Shown here one piece after another: positions 1-10,233 of a stretch of 64,000 nucleotides of DNA; position 1 is the stretch's first letter, and each line of letters opens with the position of its first letter. The DNA is taken from IMG/VR virus record IMGVR_UViG_3300011339_000610, one strand, 5' to 3'. The position numbers were made by a program, and so were the translations under genes. The notes under the pieces were generated by a model. That model searched no databases and was not told the DNA's origin. It saw only the letters and a program-made list of their open reading frames with translations. The DNA comes from an uncultured virus (IMG/VR IMGVR_UViG_3300011339_000610). Lineage: Duplodnaviria > Heunggongvirae > Uroviricota > Caudoviricetes.

Positions 1-294
1 ATCCATATAATATGATATATCTTTTGTTATAGCATTGAATGTCATGTAATTATACAAGCAATCGATGTAAATATTAATATCTAAATTTGGCATTATATGA
101 AGTCCACTAAAAGGTTCATTACCATCTAAAGGCAAGTGCATAACAACTTTTTCATCCCACTTTGTAACATTACTTACTAATATATAAACAATGTCTATTT
201 TAGAGTTATAAACAAAATCGCCCATCTTCATTTCTTCATCAGCAATTGCAAGTAAATACCCTTTTATTTTTTTTAACTTGTACCTTGTTTTCAT
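1..294 (-). CDS. hypothetical protein, runs off the window
   Basis: ATG at 294, open to position 1 (MKTRYKLKKIKGYLLAIADEE...). GTATTACATTTG promoter at 306-317. Confidence 0.7.
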   Translation of the reverse strand, partial: MKTRYKLKKIKGYLLAIADEEMKMGDFVYNSKIDIVYILVSNVTKWDEKVVMHLPLDGNEPFSGLHIMPNLDINIYIDCLYNYMTFNAITKDISYYMD

Positions 295-325
295 CGTATT
301 TTACACAAATGTAATACTTACGATT

Positions 326-823
326 TTATTTTACAAGTTTCTTCTCAAAGTTAAATAGCCAATTCTTATCTGTTTGGTCAAATAATGCAAGCATATTCAA
401 CTTATCAGCGTATTCAGCTACTGCTTTTGTTTGTATCTCAATAAACTGCTGTAAGAAGTTAAACGTGCTCATGTCACCGTCTTCTAGGCACTCTACAGCG
501 TTCTTTGAATACTCTTGCAATAAGTTGTACTCTAGCATGTATGACGCTTCAAATATCTCTACCATGCCTTCTGCTTCAGCAGGAGTTTCCAAAGTTAAAA
601 ACTCTAGCTCTACGTTCCAGTCTGTTGCGTACTTCTCAAGGATATGTGCATGGCTTAACTCATCCATTGCTTCTACCTCAAAGTACTTAGCAGCTATTAG
701 ATATCCGCTATTTCTAAGACAATTTGAAAAGTATCTGTACAAACGATAAGCGGTTTGCTCATCTTTTAATCTTTGCGAAAGGGACTCAACAGCCCCTTTG
801 TTTAGTTTTTTAGGTGTTATCAT
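326..823 (-). CDS. ferritin (non-haem, FtnA-like)
   Basis: 165 aa four-helix pattern: E..A...Y, GY...AKYF..EA.DELSHA, LEY, TFNFLQQFIEIQ. Start overlaps the stop of the giant cargo gene (ATGA). Confidence 0.85.
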   Translation of the reverse strand: MITPKKLNKGAVESLSQRLKDEQTAYRLYRYFSNCLRNSGYLIAAKYFEVEAMDELSHAHILEKYATDWNVELEFLTLETPAEAEGMVEIFEASYMLEYNLLQEYSKNAVECLEDGDMSTFNFLQQFIEIQTKAVAEYADKLNMLALFDQTDKNWLFNFEKKLVK

Positions 824-3800
824 TTTACTTCTATTTTTGTGAAATTCTTATTAATATAATCAGCTTTCTTTATGTCAAACAATATATCAACTAATAATCT
901 TGCATCAACTCTGCTTAACTCAGATATTGGTTTTACTTTGTCTACACCGCTTGTAATATAGGTTTTGTAAAATTCAATATACTCTTTAGTAGGGTTGTTA
1001 AAGTTAGTCTTTATAATATTAAATATTTCTGACCTAACTGTCTTGTCATAAGCTTGAAATTCAGAAGGCGTTAATAATTTGTAGTCTGCATTTAATGCAT
1101 CTTCAAATAACTTATATTCTTCACTTGTTATGCCATAGTCTTTAATTAGTTCTTTCTTCTTATTTTCTATAGATTTCTCTGACTTTAACTTACCATCTGT
1201 CAATACTAATGTTTTTCTATTTATTATAGGTATTTTAACATCATTTTTAATTTCCCAATCTGTTATCTCTTTGTCTGTTTTGTCTTTAAACATGTACTGA
1301 ATTGGGAAAAACGTTTCGCCTGGGTAAAGCTTCTTATCCCTGCCCCATCTATCGTAATCAGTTTGCAATCCACCCATGTTTTCCATGTTAAAAGCTTTGT
1401 ATAAAACTTCTTTATTGTCTTGCACTACATACTTTGTAGGGTCATAGAAGTCAAAAATTTGTTTATAGATATTATCAACAGCAAGATTTGCACCTAATGC
1501 TGCTGCTTGTTTTAAAGGTATTTTAGCTACATCCTCCCATGTTCTATCTTCTGTAGGAACTTCAAATGTTTTTCCAATATTTTCAAAAAACTGTTGCAAT
1601 CCTTTTATTGGGGCTGATTCATAAAGGAATGAAGCTAATTCAAAATTATATACAAGTAACCAGTCTGCAAAACTCATCTCTTCGTAAGAACGCTCAGAGT
1701 CTTTATTAACCCCAAATGGTAAAGCAATCATAGCTAACAAAGGATTAGTCTTGTAACTGAATTTCAAATTGCCAACTCTAATTGTATACTCAGGCAATGA
1801 TTCTTTCAACTTTTCTCTATTGGATTCACCTGTACCGTAGTAACCAGCAGATGCATCAACAAAAGGAACAATTTTCCCGTCTTCATCTTCCCAGTCTATT
1901 TGAGATAAACCCCAAAATACCATGGCTAGTAAATGTCCTGTTAATACTTGCGCTAATTGCTTGTTACGAAGTTCTCCTTCTCGTTTAGCATATTCAACAC
2001 CTCTTCTTTTAAATTCTGCATCAATTGGCCCAATCTTACGTAATGTGTCTGTAATCCCTAAACCATAGTATCTCATCGCACCATATAATGGTATGTAATT
2101 TATTAGTTTCTCTGCCATTTTAAATGGAGTAGAAACAAATGGTGTTATAAGCCATAACTGAGGTATTCTTTGCGCTAAATATCCTGTTGCCCCTCTTGGT
2201 TGTCCTCTAAATGTATTTTCTCTTGCTAGTTCATTTGCGGCATCTTGAACTGTTGCACTTAGCTTTTTTGATATTATCTCTTTGGCTATTCTGTTTGCTA
2301 ATAACTTACGACTATTTGGGTCAACACCTATTCTTTTAAGTTCTTGTATTGCTTCATTTAAAGCTTGTGCTTTTATAGCATCAGTACCATAAACTTGCTC
2401 ATATACTTGTTTCTCCAACTCTTTACCCCTTAATCCTTCTGAGTATAATTTTTTACGCAACTCTCTTGTTGCTTCTATGTTAAAGTTACTCATGTAAAAC
2501 CCTTCATCAGAAGCAGGCAAATTGCGAACAAAGAAAGCTGGAGCTGTTTTATAAAGCTTAAGCAATGACGTAAAAGCTTTTTTCAACCCTAAGTCTTTTA
2601 AATCCTTCTTCTTTAATATTAAATCTTCAGACTCAAAACTTCCAAAAGTTCCTTTCTTCATGGTAGAATATCTTGATTCTCCTCCCCCATGGGCCATAAT
2701 ATCAATAAATGAAGTAAATGAGGTTACCATATTTGAAATCGCTAATCTTATTTTAGCAGCCCCCTGGGTATTACTCATTAAGTTACCTTTGTTACCTTGT
2801 TTAGCTTCAATTACCGATTGAACGAAGTTTTCTACTGATTGGTTTATAAGGTTATTTACGTTACCATATGTGTTAACAAGTGCAGTTGACACACCACTTA
2901 ATATTGATACATAATATAACGTGCTAATAATAGAACCCTTTTTGGTTTTAACGGTAGAGTTTATGTAGCTTAATAAATTTTTATTGGCCAAATTAACACC
3001 TAATGTTGTTTTAGCAGCCCTAACTTTTGCAGATAAAGCCCTAATATTTGCTGCAACAATTGGAGATACAGCAGGTATGCCGTATTTAGCCGCAAATGCT
3101 GCTTTTAAAGTTTCACTGTCTAGTGCTCCTGCTGCAACTTGATTAGCAATCATGCCGCCTAATGTTTTACCGAAAGGTTTACCATCTAGCGCATTCATTT
3201 GAGCTTCAATTTCTTTTACCTTACTAGGTGTTAAGTCCTTTACTAATTGTGCTTGTATCTTTTCTTTTAGTATTTTTCTATACTTATTGTAATAGACATC
3301 AGCTAACTTGTTGGCTTCTTTTTCTGATAGCCCGCCTTCAGTTACTAAGTTTTTAGCAATAGCCTCTTTTGTCAAGTCCGCTTCTAAATCACGCTGTATC
3401 AAATCAGATAACGTAGGTCTTTTGCCTTCTGCTGTTTTTGCGGTAGCTGCTTTCTTTGCTTTATCTTCTTGCTCTTTTACTTTCTTCTCTTGGTCTTTTA
3501 CGAATTGTTGCGCTCGTTGTAATCTTAATGCTAATATTCTATCAGCTTGTGCTTCTTCTTCTTTTTGACGCAATTCTTCTATCCTATCTCTTTCTTTTCT
3601 TCTAGCCTCTGCCGCTTTTAATTTATCCTTTTCTTGTTTCTCCCTTTCTTTGGCAGCGTCTTTTGCATATTGTTGCGCACGCCTTAATCTTAATGCTTCT
3701 ACTTTATCTAGAACCGCTTCCTCTTCTTTTTGACGCAATTCTTTTATCCTGTTTCTCTCTTTTCTTCTTGCTTCGGCTGCTTTTAATTCATCCTTGGCCT

Positions 3801-6800
3801 CTTTTTCTCTTTTTTTCTCAGCGTCTTTTGCATATTGCTGTGCTCTCCTAAGTACTAAAGCATCTGCTTTATCTAATACAGCTTGCTCATAATCTGCCTT
3901 TAGTTTAGCTAGTTTTTCACGCTCCTTTTCTAATGCTTCATCTGTATCAGTAGGTTTTTGTTTTTCAGCTAGTTCTTCCTTACGTAAAACTTCTTCAAGT
4001 TCTGTTAATGTAAGTTTTTCTCCTTTGTGATTTACCTTGTAAGCATTATAAACATCTTTAATGTTCTTTTCGTTTAACTTGCCATCCGTTATTTCTATTA
4101 TCCTTTCAATAATAGTAGCTGCTTTGTAAATACCTTGCTCAAATTGTGCTAGCACTAATTCACCTACCGCCTCAATAGCTTCATTACTCAATCCGCTTGA
4201 ACCGAAGAAGTTTATTTTGCCTAGTTTCTTTAATGCTTCTGCTTGTCTTGTCTTACCTTGTTCGTAACGGGCTTTTAGCTTATCACTTAGTTTAACATTA
4301 ACCTTTGTGGTAGAGTTAGGTGCTGACACTACAGCTTGCTGTGCTGCTGCCTTCTTAATGTCTTTTACTTTACTTTGGAAAGTTTTTACTTCTTGTTCAT
4401 ACTTCTCGTAAATATTTGGCTTTGTCTTTTTGAAATCTTCTAAGCCTTCTCTTACTTGGCCATCAATAAATGATAAAAACGCATCAGGGTTTACAGATTT
4501 AGAGAATACTGCTACTGCTGAATTAAATTGACCAGCTTTATAATGTGCCTTAAATGCTTCTCTCCTTAAGTCTTCTGATTTTTGTAAAAAATTATTGTAT
4601 TTAGCTGAGTCTCCCGCTTTTTGAAAATCTAATGCTTTTGCAAACATTCTGTCAGCAAGCAATTCGATTGCTATTGCATTTCTTGCATCCAAGTATGGAT
4701 TGTTCAAGAAAATCTTTATCATGTCGTAAGCTGCATCTAATAGCCCTTGTTCAGTATCACCATATTGAGCTAAGTATTCTTCAGCTTGGTCTAGTGTGGC
4801 CTTTTGATTCATTGTTTCGTAGTATTCTCTTTGTGCGTTTACTACGTCATTGTATGCATCACTTACAGGCATGCGCCCTTCTGCGTATGTTTTTGAACGG
4901 CCCGTTTCTTTGATGGTTGTTCCTTTTTCGCCTTCTTGAGCTTTTTTCTTCTTAGATGTATATCCCTTCTTAGGAGCTTCGGCTTCTTTGTCCTTAGCCT
5001 CTTTTGCTTTTTCTATTTCATCCTTGGTTATTACATCTTCTTTACCTACTTCACGCACATACTTGTTTACTGCAAATACTGCTTCACGGTATGATGAGAA
5101 ACCGTTTTCTTTTGCAACATCTGTTAATTCATCTCTTGCAATTGCTTGGTTTATTTCGTAATCTTTTATTGCTGATGTATCAAAGTCTTGCTCAAATAAT
5201 TCACGAACTTGCTTGATGGCTTCACTTATTTCTATACCACTATTTACAAGTGCCTTTACTGTGCTTGCTAATATATCAATTACTTTGTTTTGACTTACCC
5301 CTGACACCTTTGTCCCTTCAGGCAAATTCTTATTACGTAAGAACTCTTTTGCCTTTGCGGCCAAGTCATCTATCTTAGCTTCTGCTATTGCCTTACGTTC
5401 TGTCTTTGTAGGTTTAGCAGCTTCTTTTGCAGATGGTTTTCTTATACCGCTAATCCCATCAAACACAAAACCAAATGATTCATATAGTTTTTTTAACCCT
5501 TGTTCTGTTGTTGTGTCGTCTTGTGGTGAAATATCCAAATACAAATCTGTATTGTTTTTATCGGCCCAATCGGTTAGTTTTTTTATCAGTTCTTTAGCTT
5601 TGCCTTTGCCTCTTGCCTTTTCTTTTGTTGAAATTAATTCTATTTTAACACCATTTGTTATCGTGTCGGAAGTATCATTAACCTCATCATAAATCTCAAC
5701 CTCATTAGGTTTTATAAATATAACAGATTGCTTATCATCACTAAGAAGCATATCACCCATATCTTCTCCAAATGGATTTGTTTTGTCACCCCATTTTAAA
5801 TCAGTATCTTTAAATCCTAAATCTTTTTTAACTTTAACAAAATCACTTTCTCCTTTTTCGTTTATAATGTCATTTTCAGTTTTTGGCAGTTCTGGCAATT
5901 TATTGATTTCGTCTTGTGATTTCTTGTCAATTTCTTCTTGAAGTTTTTTTATTGCCAATGTCTCATCGCCAATTTCGTTTAATAACTCTTGATACCTTTT
6001 AGTCCTTTCTTCTATTGTACCCTCTGATTTTTTCTTTATTTCCGATATTTTATTAAGCCTTTCTTCTATTAATTCTTGTTGACTTTTAGGTGCAGATTCT
6101 TTTACAGGCTTTACTTTCGCTGCTTCTGCGGCTTTCTGCTCTGCTATTAAAGGAGTAATTAGTTTATTATATCTTTCGTAAATTTCGGTTCTTGCAACTT
6201 CGTCATTAGGGTCAGACATAGCATCATACTCGGCTTTTTCTGCCGCTCTTAAATCTGCTATACGCTCCGCTACTGGTTTAGTAGTTGGTTTTGCTTCTGC
6301 TATAGATTCTTCTAATAGTTTTTCTACTACTTTTGTTAACTTTGTTTTTTTACCTTTAGATTTATCAGCATGATATGCATCAGAGATTACATCTGATATT
6401 TTCTTCCCTGTATCTTTACCATCAACTATTCCAAAAGATTTTTCTGGAGCTAAATCAGCAATTTCTTGCCAATTATCAGAACTTTCACCTATTTTATTTT
6501 TAATCATCTCCAAAGCCTTGGCAGTGCTCTCTACATCTTTTAATGCTTCCGATACTTTAGGTGCTGTTACAGTTTTTTCTGCTGTTGGTGTTACCTCTAT
6601 TGCAGGTGCTGTAACTTCCGTAACCTTTTCCGAGACTTGCGTACCTAGTAGGTTTTCAATTTCTTGAACTATACTGTTTTTTTCTGATTCGGTTTTTGCA
6701 TTTCTTGCTTTATTTTCAAGAGCTTCGATAGTTGCAGAATCCTCTTCAATTTGTTGGTCGCTTGACTTGTCGATGTATTGCTTTGCTTGTTCATTTGTTA

Positions 6801-9800
6801 TTGATTTATTTTTTACACTTTCATTTATATATACAGTAGCCTCTTCAATAGAAACTAGAGCCTTATCGCCTAAGAAATCTAAAACCTTAGATACTGTTAA
6901 AACATCTTTAGGATTTATCCATGCTATGGCATTAACGTCTGAAACATACATAATTCCATCAATACCTAGTTTTTTAAATAACTCAGTATTTTCTATTAGC
7001 TTATCTAGTGTTGTATTATTTTCTTTAGCTAATTTATATGCATCCGCTTTGCTTATAACTACAGGCTTATCTTTTACTTTCAGCTCCAACCCAAAACCAC
7101 CTTCAGGTCTCATTGAATCTTTTTCTCCCCTATAAATTAAAAAATCAATATCTGATGGTTTTAAAGATTGTGTTGTAACTAAAAGAGTTTTTGCAGCAGC
7201 TAATTGACGCTCTCTCATTTTAATATACTCTAAAGTACTTTCTTTATTATATTTATAATCTTCAGGACTTTTAGTATCTTTTTCAGATTCAATTTCTAAT
7301 AATCTATTTTTAGCACCCTCTATATTAGATTCGTATTGTTTTATGGTTTTATTTGCATTTTCTTTAATGGATGAAATTACATTTTCTGGATTAACACCCT
7401 TATAATCACTCATAGAAACATTTACCAACGCTTCTTTAAGAAGTTTGTCTACTTTTTTTGCTACTGCCTTTTGTTCATTAAGCCTGTAAACTTTAGTACC
7501 TCCACCATATCCGTACACCTCTTCACTTTGTCCAGTAAATAATGTTATGCCAAACCAATTGTTAAAAATATTAGCAAATGGCTTACCAGCTTCACCATAA
7601 CTTTCACCTGTTTTAGGTGCATTTTCTTTAACAAAATCCTCAAATTCTGAAACAGATTCTACAGCATCTTTTGGTGTTTTAATTTTTTCGCTTTTTGTAA
7701 TCCCCCTGTAAACAATTGGCGGGATTTCAGACTGCTTTAAAGGAGCAACACCTTTTTCTTTAAGTATTTGTTTTTGTTCTTCGTTTAAATCTGTTTCTTC
7801 AAAGTTTTCATCTCTTTGAAGTTCATCATAACCTTTTAGTTTACCAACCTCACCAAACTTTTCAGTTTGTTCAGCTACTGGTGCTTGGGGTACTGTTTCG
7901 GCTTGTATATCTTCTCCCGCAACTCCTTCTTTACCTGGTTCAGCTGCCATTCCAACTCCTGTTTCCAATACATCAGTTCCTGCACTGATAGGCTCTTCAG
8001 TTCTTCCTTTTCCATCTGTTTCTTCTGTTGTTGTTTCTATTTCTTTTAATTCAGCAGGTGTCAAGTCTTTTTCAATATCTTTTTTAATATCTTCTGCAAC
8101 TGTTTCTTCAACTTGCTTATCGCCTGCTTTTGCTTGGTCCAATATAGAATCTACTATTGCACGCTGTTCTCTTGGTAAATTATTATAAGCTTCTTTTGAG
8201 GCCGTAAATAAATTAGCCCCTATAGAATTACCTGCACCCATACCCAAGGCCATAATACCTGTTAAAACAACAAATTCGGTTGCCTTATCTAATGTACCAT
8301 ATTGTTCTTTTATCTTTTCGCCTACCTCTTTCCAACTACTACTTTGTTTGTATATTTGTCCCAAGCTCTCACCAAACTCTTCACCTACTTCACCTAAAAC
8401 TGTTTTAGGGGCATCTTTTAATAACTTTAATGTGCCGCCAAGTTCTGATATTTTTTTTGCTGCTTCTGCACCTTTATTGCCAAATACTTTAAATAAGTTT
8501 TTTGCAGCACCACTTAATGCTGATTCAGCACCTTTACCTATAACACCACCAAAATAACCTGTTGTAAAGTTTAATTCATCTTCTTGGCTTGGGAATAACT
8601 TAGATACAACTTCACTTGTTGCACCAAACTTTAAACCGTTTGCTTGAGCCTTTATAAATGTATCAGCAAGCTTGCCTGTTACTTTCCCTGCTGCATTCTT
8701 GTTGATTGCATTAACGTATTTTGCTGTTGTATTAAGTCCTTTTATTTTGCCATACTTCTCAGCAAGTGTTAATAACTTTCCAATTTTGGTAACTCCTAAA
8801 GCCCCTTCTGAGATTAAACTACCAATAATAAATTCAGGCACAATAGCTAAACTTGCACCTACAGGTTCTGCAAACCATTTTGCACTATATGTTTCGTATG
8901 GCTTTGCACTTTCTTCTGCGTACTTCTTTTGTTCTTCGTATACCTTCTCGCCTATCTTGGCATCTTCTACTATTTCTTTTACGTTATTAGCAATTGTAAC
9001 TGCTGTTCCTTGCTCTTTTTGCAAGTTAGGTGCTAAACTATTACCAAATGACTTACCTAACACGCCTAATGCTGTTTCATCTGCTTGTATTGGCGTTCTA
9101 TTAAGTAATAATAATTTAGTAGCAGTTTTAAGTTTAAGCTCTTCTGCGTACAACTCATCTAATAAATCACCACCATCTTGTTCCGCCCTAATTGCATAGT
9201 CTTGTGCATACCCACCTAATGTTGCATCTCTTCCATAATCCTTATATCCTAGGTCAGCTTTTAATTGCCTAACCTTAGCGTATAAGTTATTGGTGTATTC
9301 TTCTAATTGCTCATATGGTGTTTGTGTTGGTTTTGAAACACTTGCTATTTCTGTAGCATTTTCTTGTACAAAAGTTTTTAGTGCTTCTTTTGGTTTTAAA
9401 AACGCCTTTTGGCTTATCTCTAAATTCTTTTGACGCTTTTCTATTGCTGATAATGTCTGTAACCCAAAATCCGCATCTAACTCCCCGCCCTCTATTCTAC
9501 TTGCAATATTATCGTATTCAGCTTGCAAGTTTTGCATATCTGACTGAAAATTTGCACGCTGTTTATTTTTAGCTTCGTAATATTGTTTTAATGCTTCTCC
9601 TGCTCTTTTATCATCTCCGCTTTTCTTTGCATCAAGGTGGTCTACTATTGCATTAGCTTCTACTTGTTCTGAATCATCTAAGTAGTTGTTAGCAAGTTCT
9701 TTTCGTATGCTTGCTTGCAACTCTTTTAATGTCATACCGTTTTCTTGTGCTTCTTTTTTGTTTTGAAGCAACCAATAACGGTTATTGTCGTATAGCTTTT

Positions 9801-10230
9801 GTTTTACGCCTTCTTTAAACTCTAAAGCCTTTTCTGACTTTTGTTGCTTTGTAACCATACCTTGCGCTTGTTGTTCCTCTGCGCTTAGTCTTGGTTGTGG
9901 CTTTGTAAAATCTAATTGAGTAGTAGTTTCCGCAGTCTTTGAAGGTAATTCTTGGCCAGTTGATTGAACGAATGGCGTTGATGGCTTTAGACCTAATTCC
10001 TTCGAAACACTTTGTGTAAAAGATGTTGTAGTAGGTTCTTTTTTTTTTACATCACTAAAATATCCTTCAAATTCTTTTTCGTCTTTAAAAAAGCCATCAT
10101 CTTGAATTAAAGAATACACTTCTTTTATCTTTTTAGGGTCATTAACATAACTCCTAAACTCATTCTCGTCAGCAAAGTAACCCTTATCTGAAATTAAATC
10201 GTATACGTCTTTTATTTTATCCGTTGGCAT
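820..10230 (-). CDS. giant virion cargo/ejection protein, polyvalent-type, with GNAT-like and ART-like inserts
   Basis: 3136 aa, third gene of a small-medium-giant operon behind a late promoter. Gly/Ala-rich helical segment, GNAT motif A (ARGKGKA...LYESFGF), tandem repeats. Confidence 0.7.
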   Translation of the reverse strand: MPTDKIKDVYDLISDKGYFADENEFRSYVNDPKKIKEVYSLIQDDGFFKDEKEFEGYFSDVKKKEPTTTSFTQSVSKELGLKPSTPFVQSTGQELPSKTAETTTQLDFTKPQPRLSAEEQQAQGMVTKQQKSEKALEFKEGVKQKLYDNNRYWLLQNKKEAQENGMTLKELQASIRKELANNYLDDSEQVEANAIVDHLDAKKSGDDKRAGEALKQYYEAKNKQRANFQSDMQNLQAEYDNIASRIEGGELDADFGLQTLSAIEKRQKNLEISQKAFLKPKEALKTFVQENATEIASVSKPTQTPYEQLEEYTNNLYAKVRQLKADLGYKDYGRDATLGGYAQDYAIRAEQDGGDLLDELYAEELKLKTATKLLLLNRTPIQADETALGVLGKSFGNSLAPNLQKEQGTAVTIANNVKEIVEDAKIGEKVYEEQKKYAEESAKPYETYSAKWFAEPVGASLAIVPEFIIGSLISEGALGVTKIGKLLTLAEKYGKIKGLNTTAKYVNAINKNAAGKVTGKLADTFIKAQANGLKFGATSEVVSKLFPSQEDELNFTTGYFGGVIGKGAESALSGAAKNLFKVFGNKGAEAAKKISELGGTLKLLKDAPKTVLGEVGEEFGESLGQIYKQSSSWKEVGEKIKEQYGTLDKATEFVVLTGIMALGMGAGNSIGANLFTASKEAYNNLPREQRAIVDSILDQAKAGDKQVEETVAEDIKKDIEKDLTPAELKEIETTTEETDGKGRTEEPISAGTDVLETGVGMAAEPGKEGVAGEDIQAETVPQAPVAEQTEKFGEVGKLKGYDELQRDENFEETDLNEEQKQILKEKGVAPLKQSEIPPIVYRGITKSEKIKTPKDAVESVSEFEDFVKENAPKTGESYGEAGKPFANIFNNWFGITLFTGQSEEVYGYGGGTKVYRLNEQKAVAKKVDKLLKEALVNVSMSDYKGVNPENVISSIKENANKTIKQYESNIEGAKNRLLEIESEKDTKSPEDYKYNKESTLEYIKMRERQLAAAKTLLVTTQSLKPSDIDFLIYRGEKDSMRPEGGFGLELKVKDKPVVISKADAYKLAKENNTTLDKLIENTELFKKLGIDGIMYVSDVNAIAWINPKDVLTVSKVLDFLGDKALVSIEEATVYINESVKNKSITNEQAKQYIDKSSDQQIEEDSATIEALENKARNAKTESEKNSIVQEIENLLGTQVSEKVTEVTAPAIEVTPTAEKTVTAPKVSEALKDVESTAKALEMIKNKIGESSDNWQEIADLAPEKSFGIVDGKDTGKKISDVISDAYHADKSKGKKTKLTKVVEKLLEESIAEAKPTTKPVAERIADLRAAEKAEYDAMSDPNDEVARTEIYERYNKLITPLIAEQKAAEAAKVKPVKESAPKSQQELIEERLNKISEIKKKSEGTIEERTKRYQELLNEIGDETLAIKKLQEEIDKKSQDEINKLPELPKTENDIINEKGESDFVKVKKDLGFKDTDLKWGDKTNPFGEDMGDMLLSDDKQSVIFIKPNEVEIYDEVNDTSDTITNGVKIELISTKEKARGKGKAKELIKKLTDWADKNNTDLYLDISPQDDTTTEQGLKKLYESFGFVFDGISGIRKPSAKEAAKPTKTERKAIAEAKIDDLAAKAKEFLRNKNLPEGTKVSGVSQNKVIDILASTVKALVNSGIEISEAIKQVRELFEQDFDTSAIKDYEINQAIARDELTDVAKENGFSSYREAVFAVNKYVREVGKEDVITKDEIEKAKEAKDKEAEAPKKGYTSKKKKAQEGEKGTTIKETGRSKTYAEGRMPVSDAYNDVVNAQREYYETMNQKATLDQAEEYLAQYGDTEQGLLDAAYDMIKIFLNNPYLDARNAIAIELLADRMFAKALDFQKAGDSAKYNNFLQKSEDLRREAFKAHYKAGQFNSAVAVFSKSVNPDAFLSFIDGQVREGLEDFKKTKPNIYEKYEQEVKTFQSKVKDIKKAAAQQAVVSAPNSTTKVNVKLSDKLKARYEQGKTRQAEALKKLGKINFFGSSGLSNEAIEAVGELVLAQFEQGIYKAATIIERIIEITDGKLNEKNIKDVYNAYKVNHKGEKLTLTELEEVLRKEELAEKQKPTDTDEALEKEREKLAKLKADYEQAVLDKADALVLRRAQQYAKDAEKKREKEAKDELKAAEARRKERNRIKELRQKEEEAVLDKVEALRLRRAQQYAKDAAKEREKQEKDKLKAAEARRKERDRIEELRQKEEEAQADRILALRLQRAQQFVKDQEKKVKEQEDKAKKAATAKTAEGKRPTLSDLIQRDLEADLTKEAIAKNLVTEGGLSEKEANKLADVYYNKYRKILKEKIQAQLVKDLTPSKVKEIEAQMNALDGKPFGKTLGGMIANQVAAGALDSETLKAAFAAKYGIPAVSPIVAANIRALSAKVRAAKTTLGVNLANKNLLSYINSTVKTKKGSIISTLYYVSILSGVSTALVNTYGNVNNLINQSVENFVQSVIEAKQGNKGNLMSNTQGAAKIRLAISNMVTSFTSFIDIMAHGGGESRYSTMKKGTFGSFESEDLILKKKDLKDLGLKKAFTSLLKLYKTAPAFFVRNLPASDEGFYMSNFNIEATRELRKKLYSEGLRGKELEKQVYEQVYGTDAIKAQALNEAIQELKRIGVDPNSRKLLANRIAKEIISKKLSATVQDAANELARENTFRGQPRGATGYLAQRIPQLWLITPFVSTPFKMAEKLINYIPLYGAMRYYGLGITDTLRKIGPIDAEFKRRGVEYAKREGELRNKQLAQVLTGHLLAMVFWGLSQIDWEDEDGKIVPFVDASAGYYGTGESNREKLKESLPEYTIRVGNLKFSYKTNPLLAMIALPFGVNKDSERSYEEMSFADWLLVYNFELASFLYESAPIKGLQQFFENIGKTFEVPTEDRTWEDVAKIPLKQAAALGANLAVDNIYKQIFDFYDPTKYVVQDNKEVLYKAFNMENMGGLQTDYDRWGRDKKLYPGETFFPIQYMFKDKTDKEITDWEIKNDVKIPIINRKTLVLTDGKLKSEKSIENKKKELIKDYGITSEEYKLFEDALNADYKLLTPSEFQAYDKTVRSEIFNIIKTNFNNPTKEYIEFYKTYITSGVDKVKPISELSRVDARLLVDILFDIKKADYINKNFTKIEVK
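3493..3888 (-). repeat. about 2.5 tandem 165-bp (55-aa) coding repeats
   Basis: TCTTTTTGACGCAATTCTT recurs 165 bp apart (near 3560 and 3725). Protein unit EAVLDK..ALRLRRAQQYAKDA...KAAEARRKER. Confidence 0.9.
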
Positions 10231-10233
10231 ATT

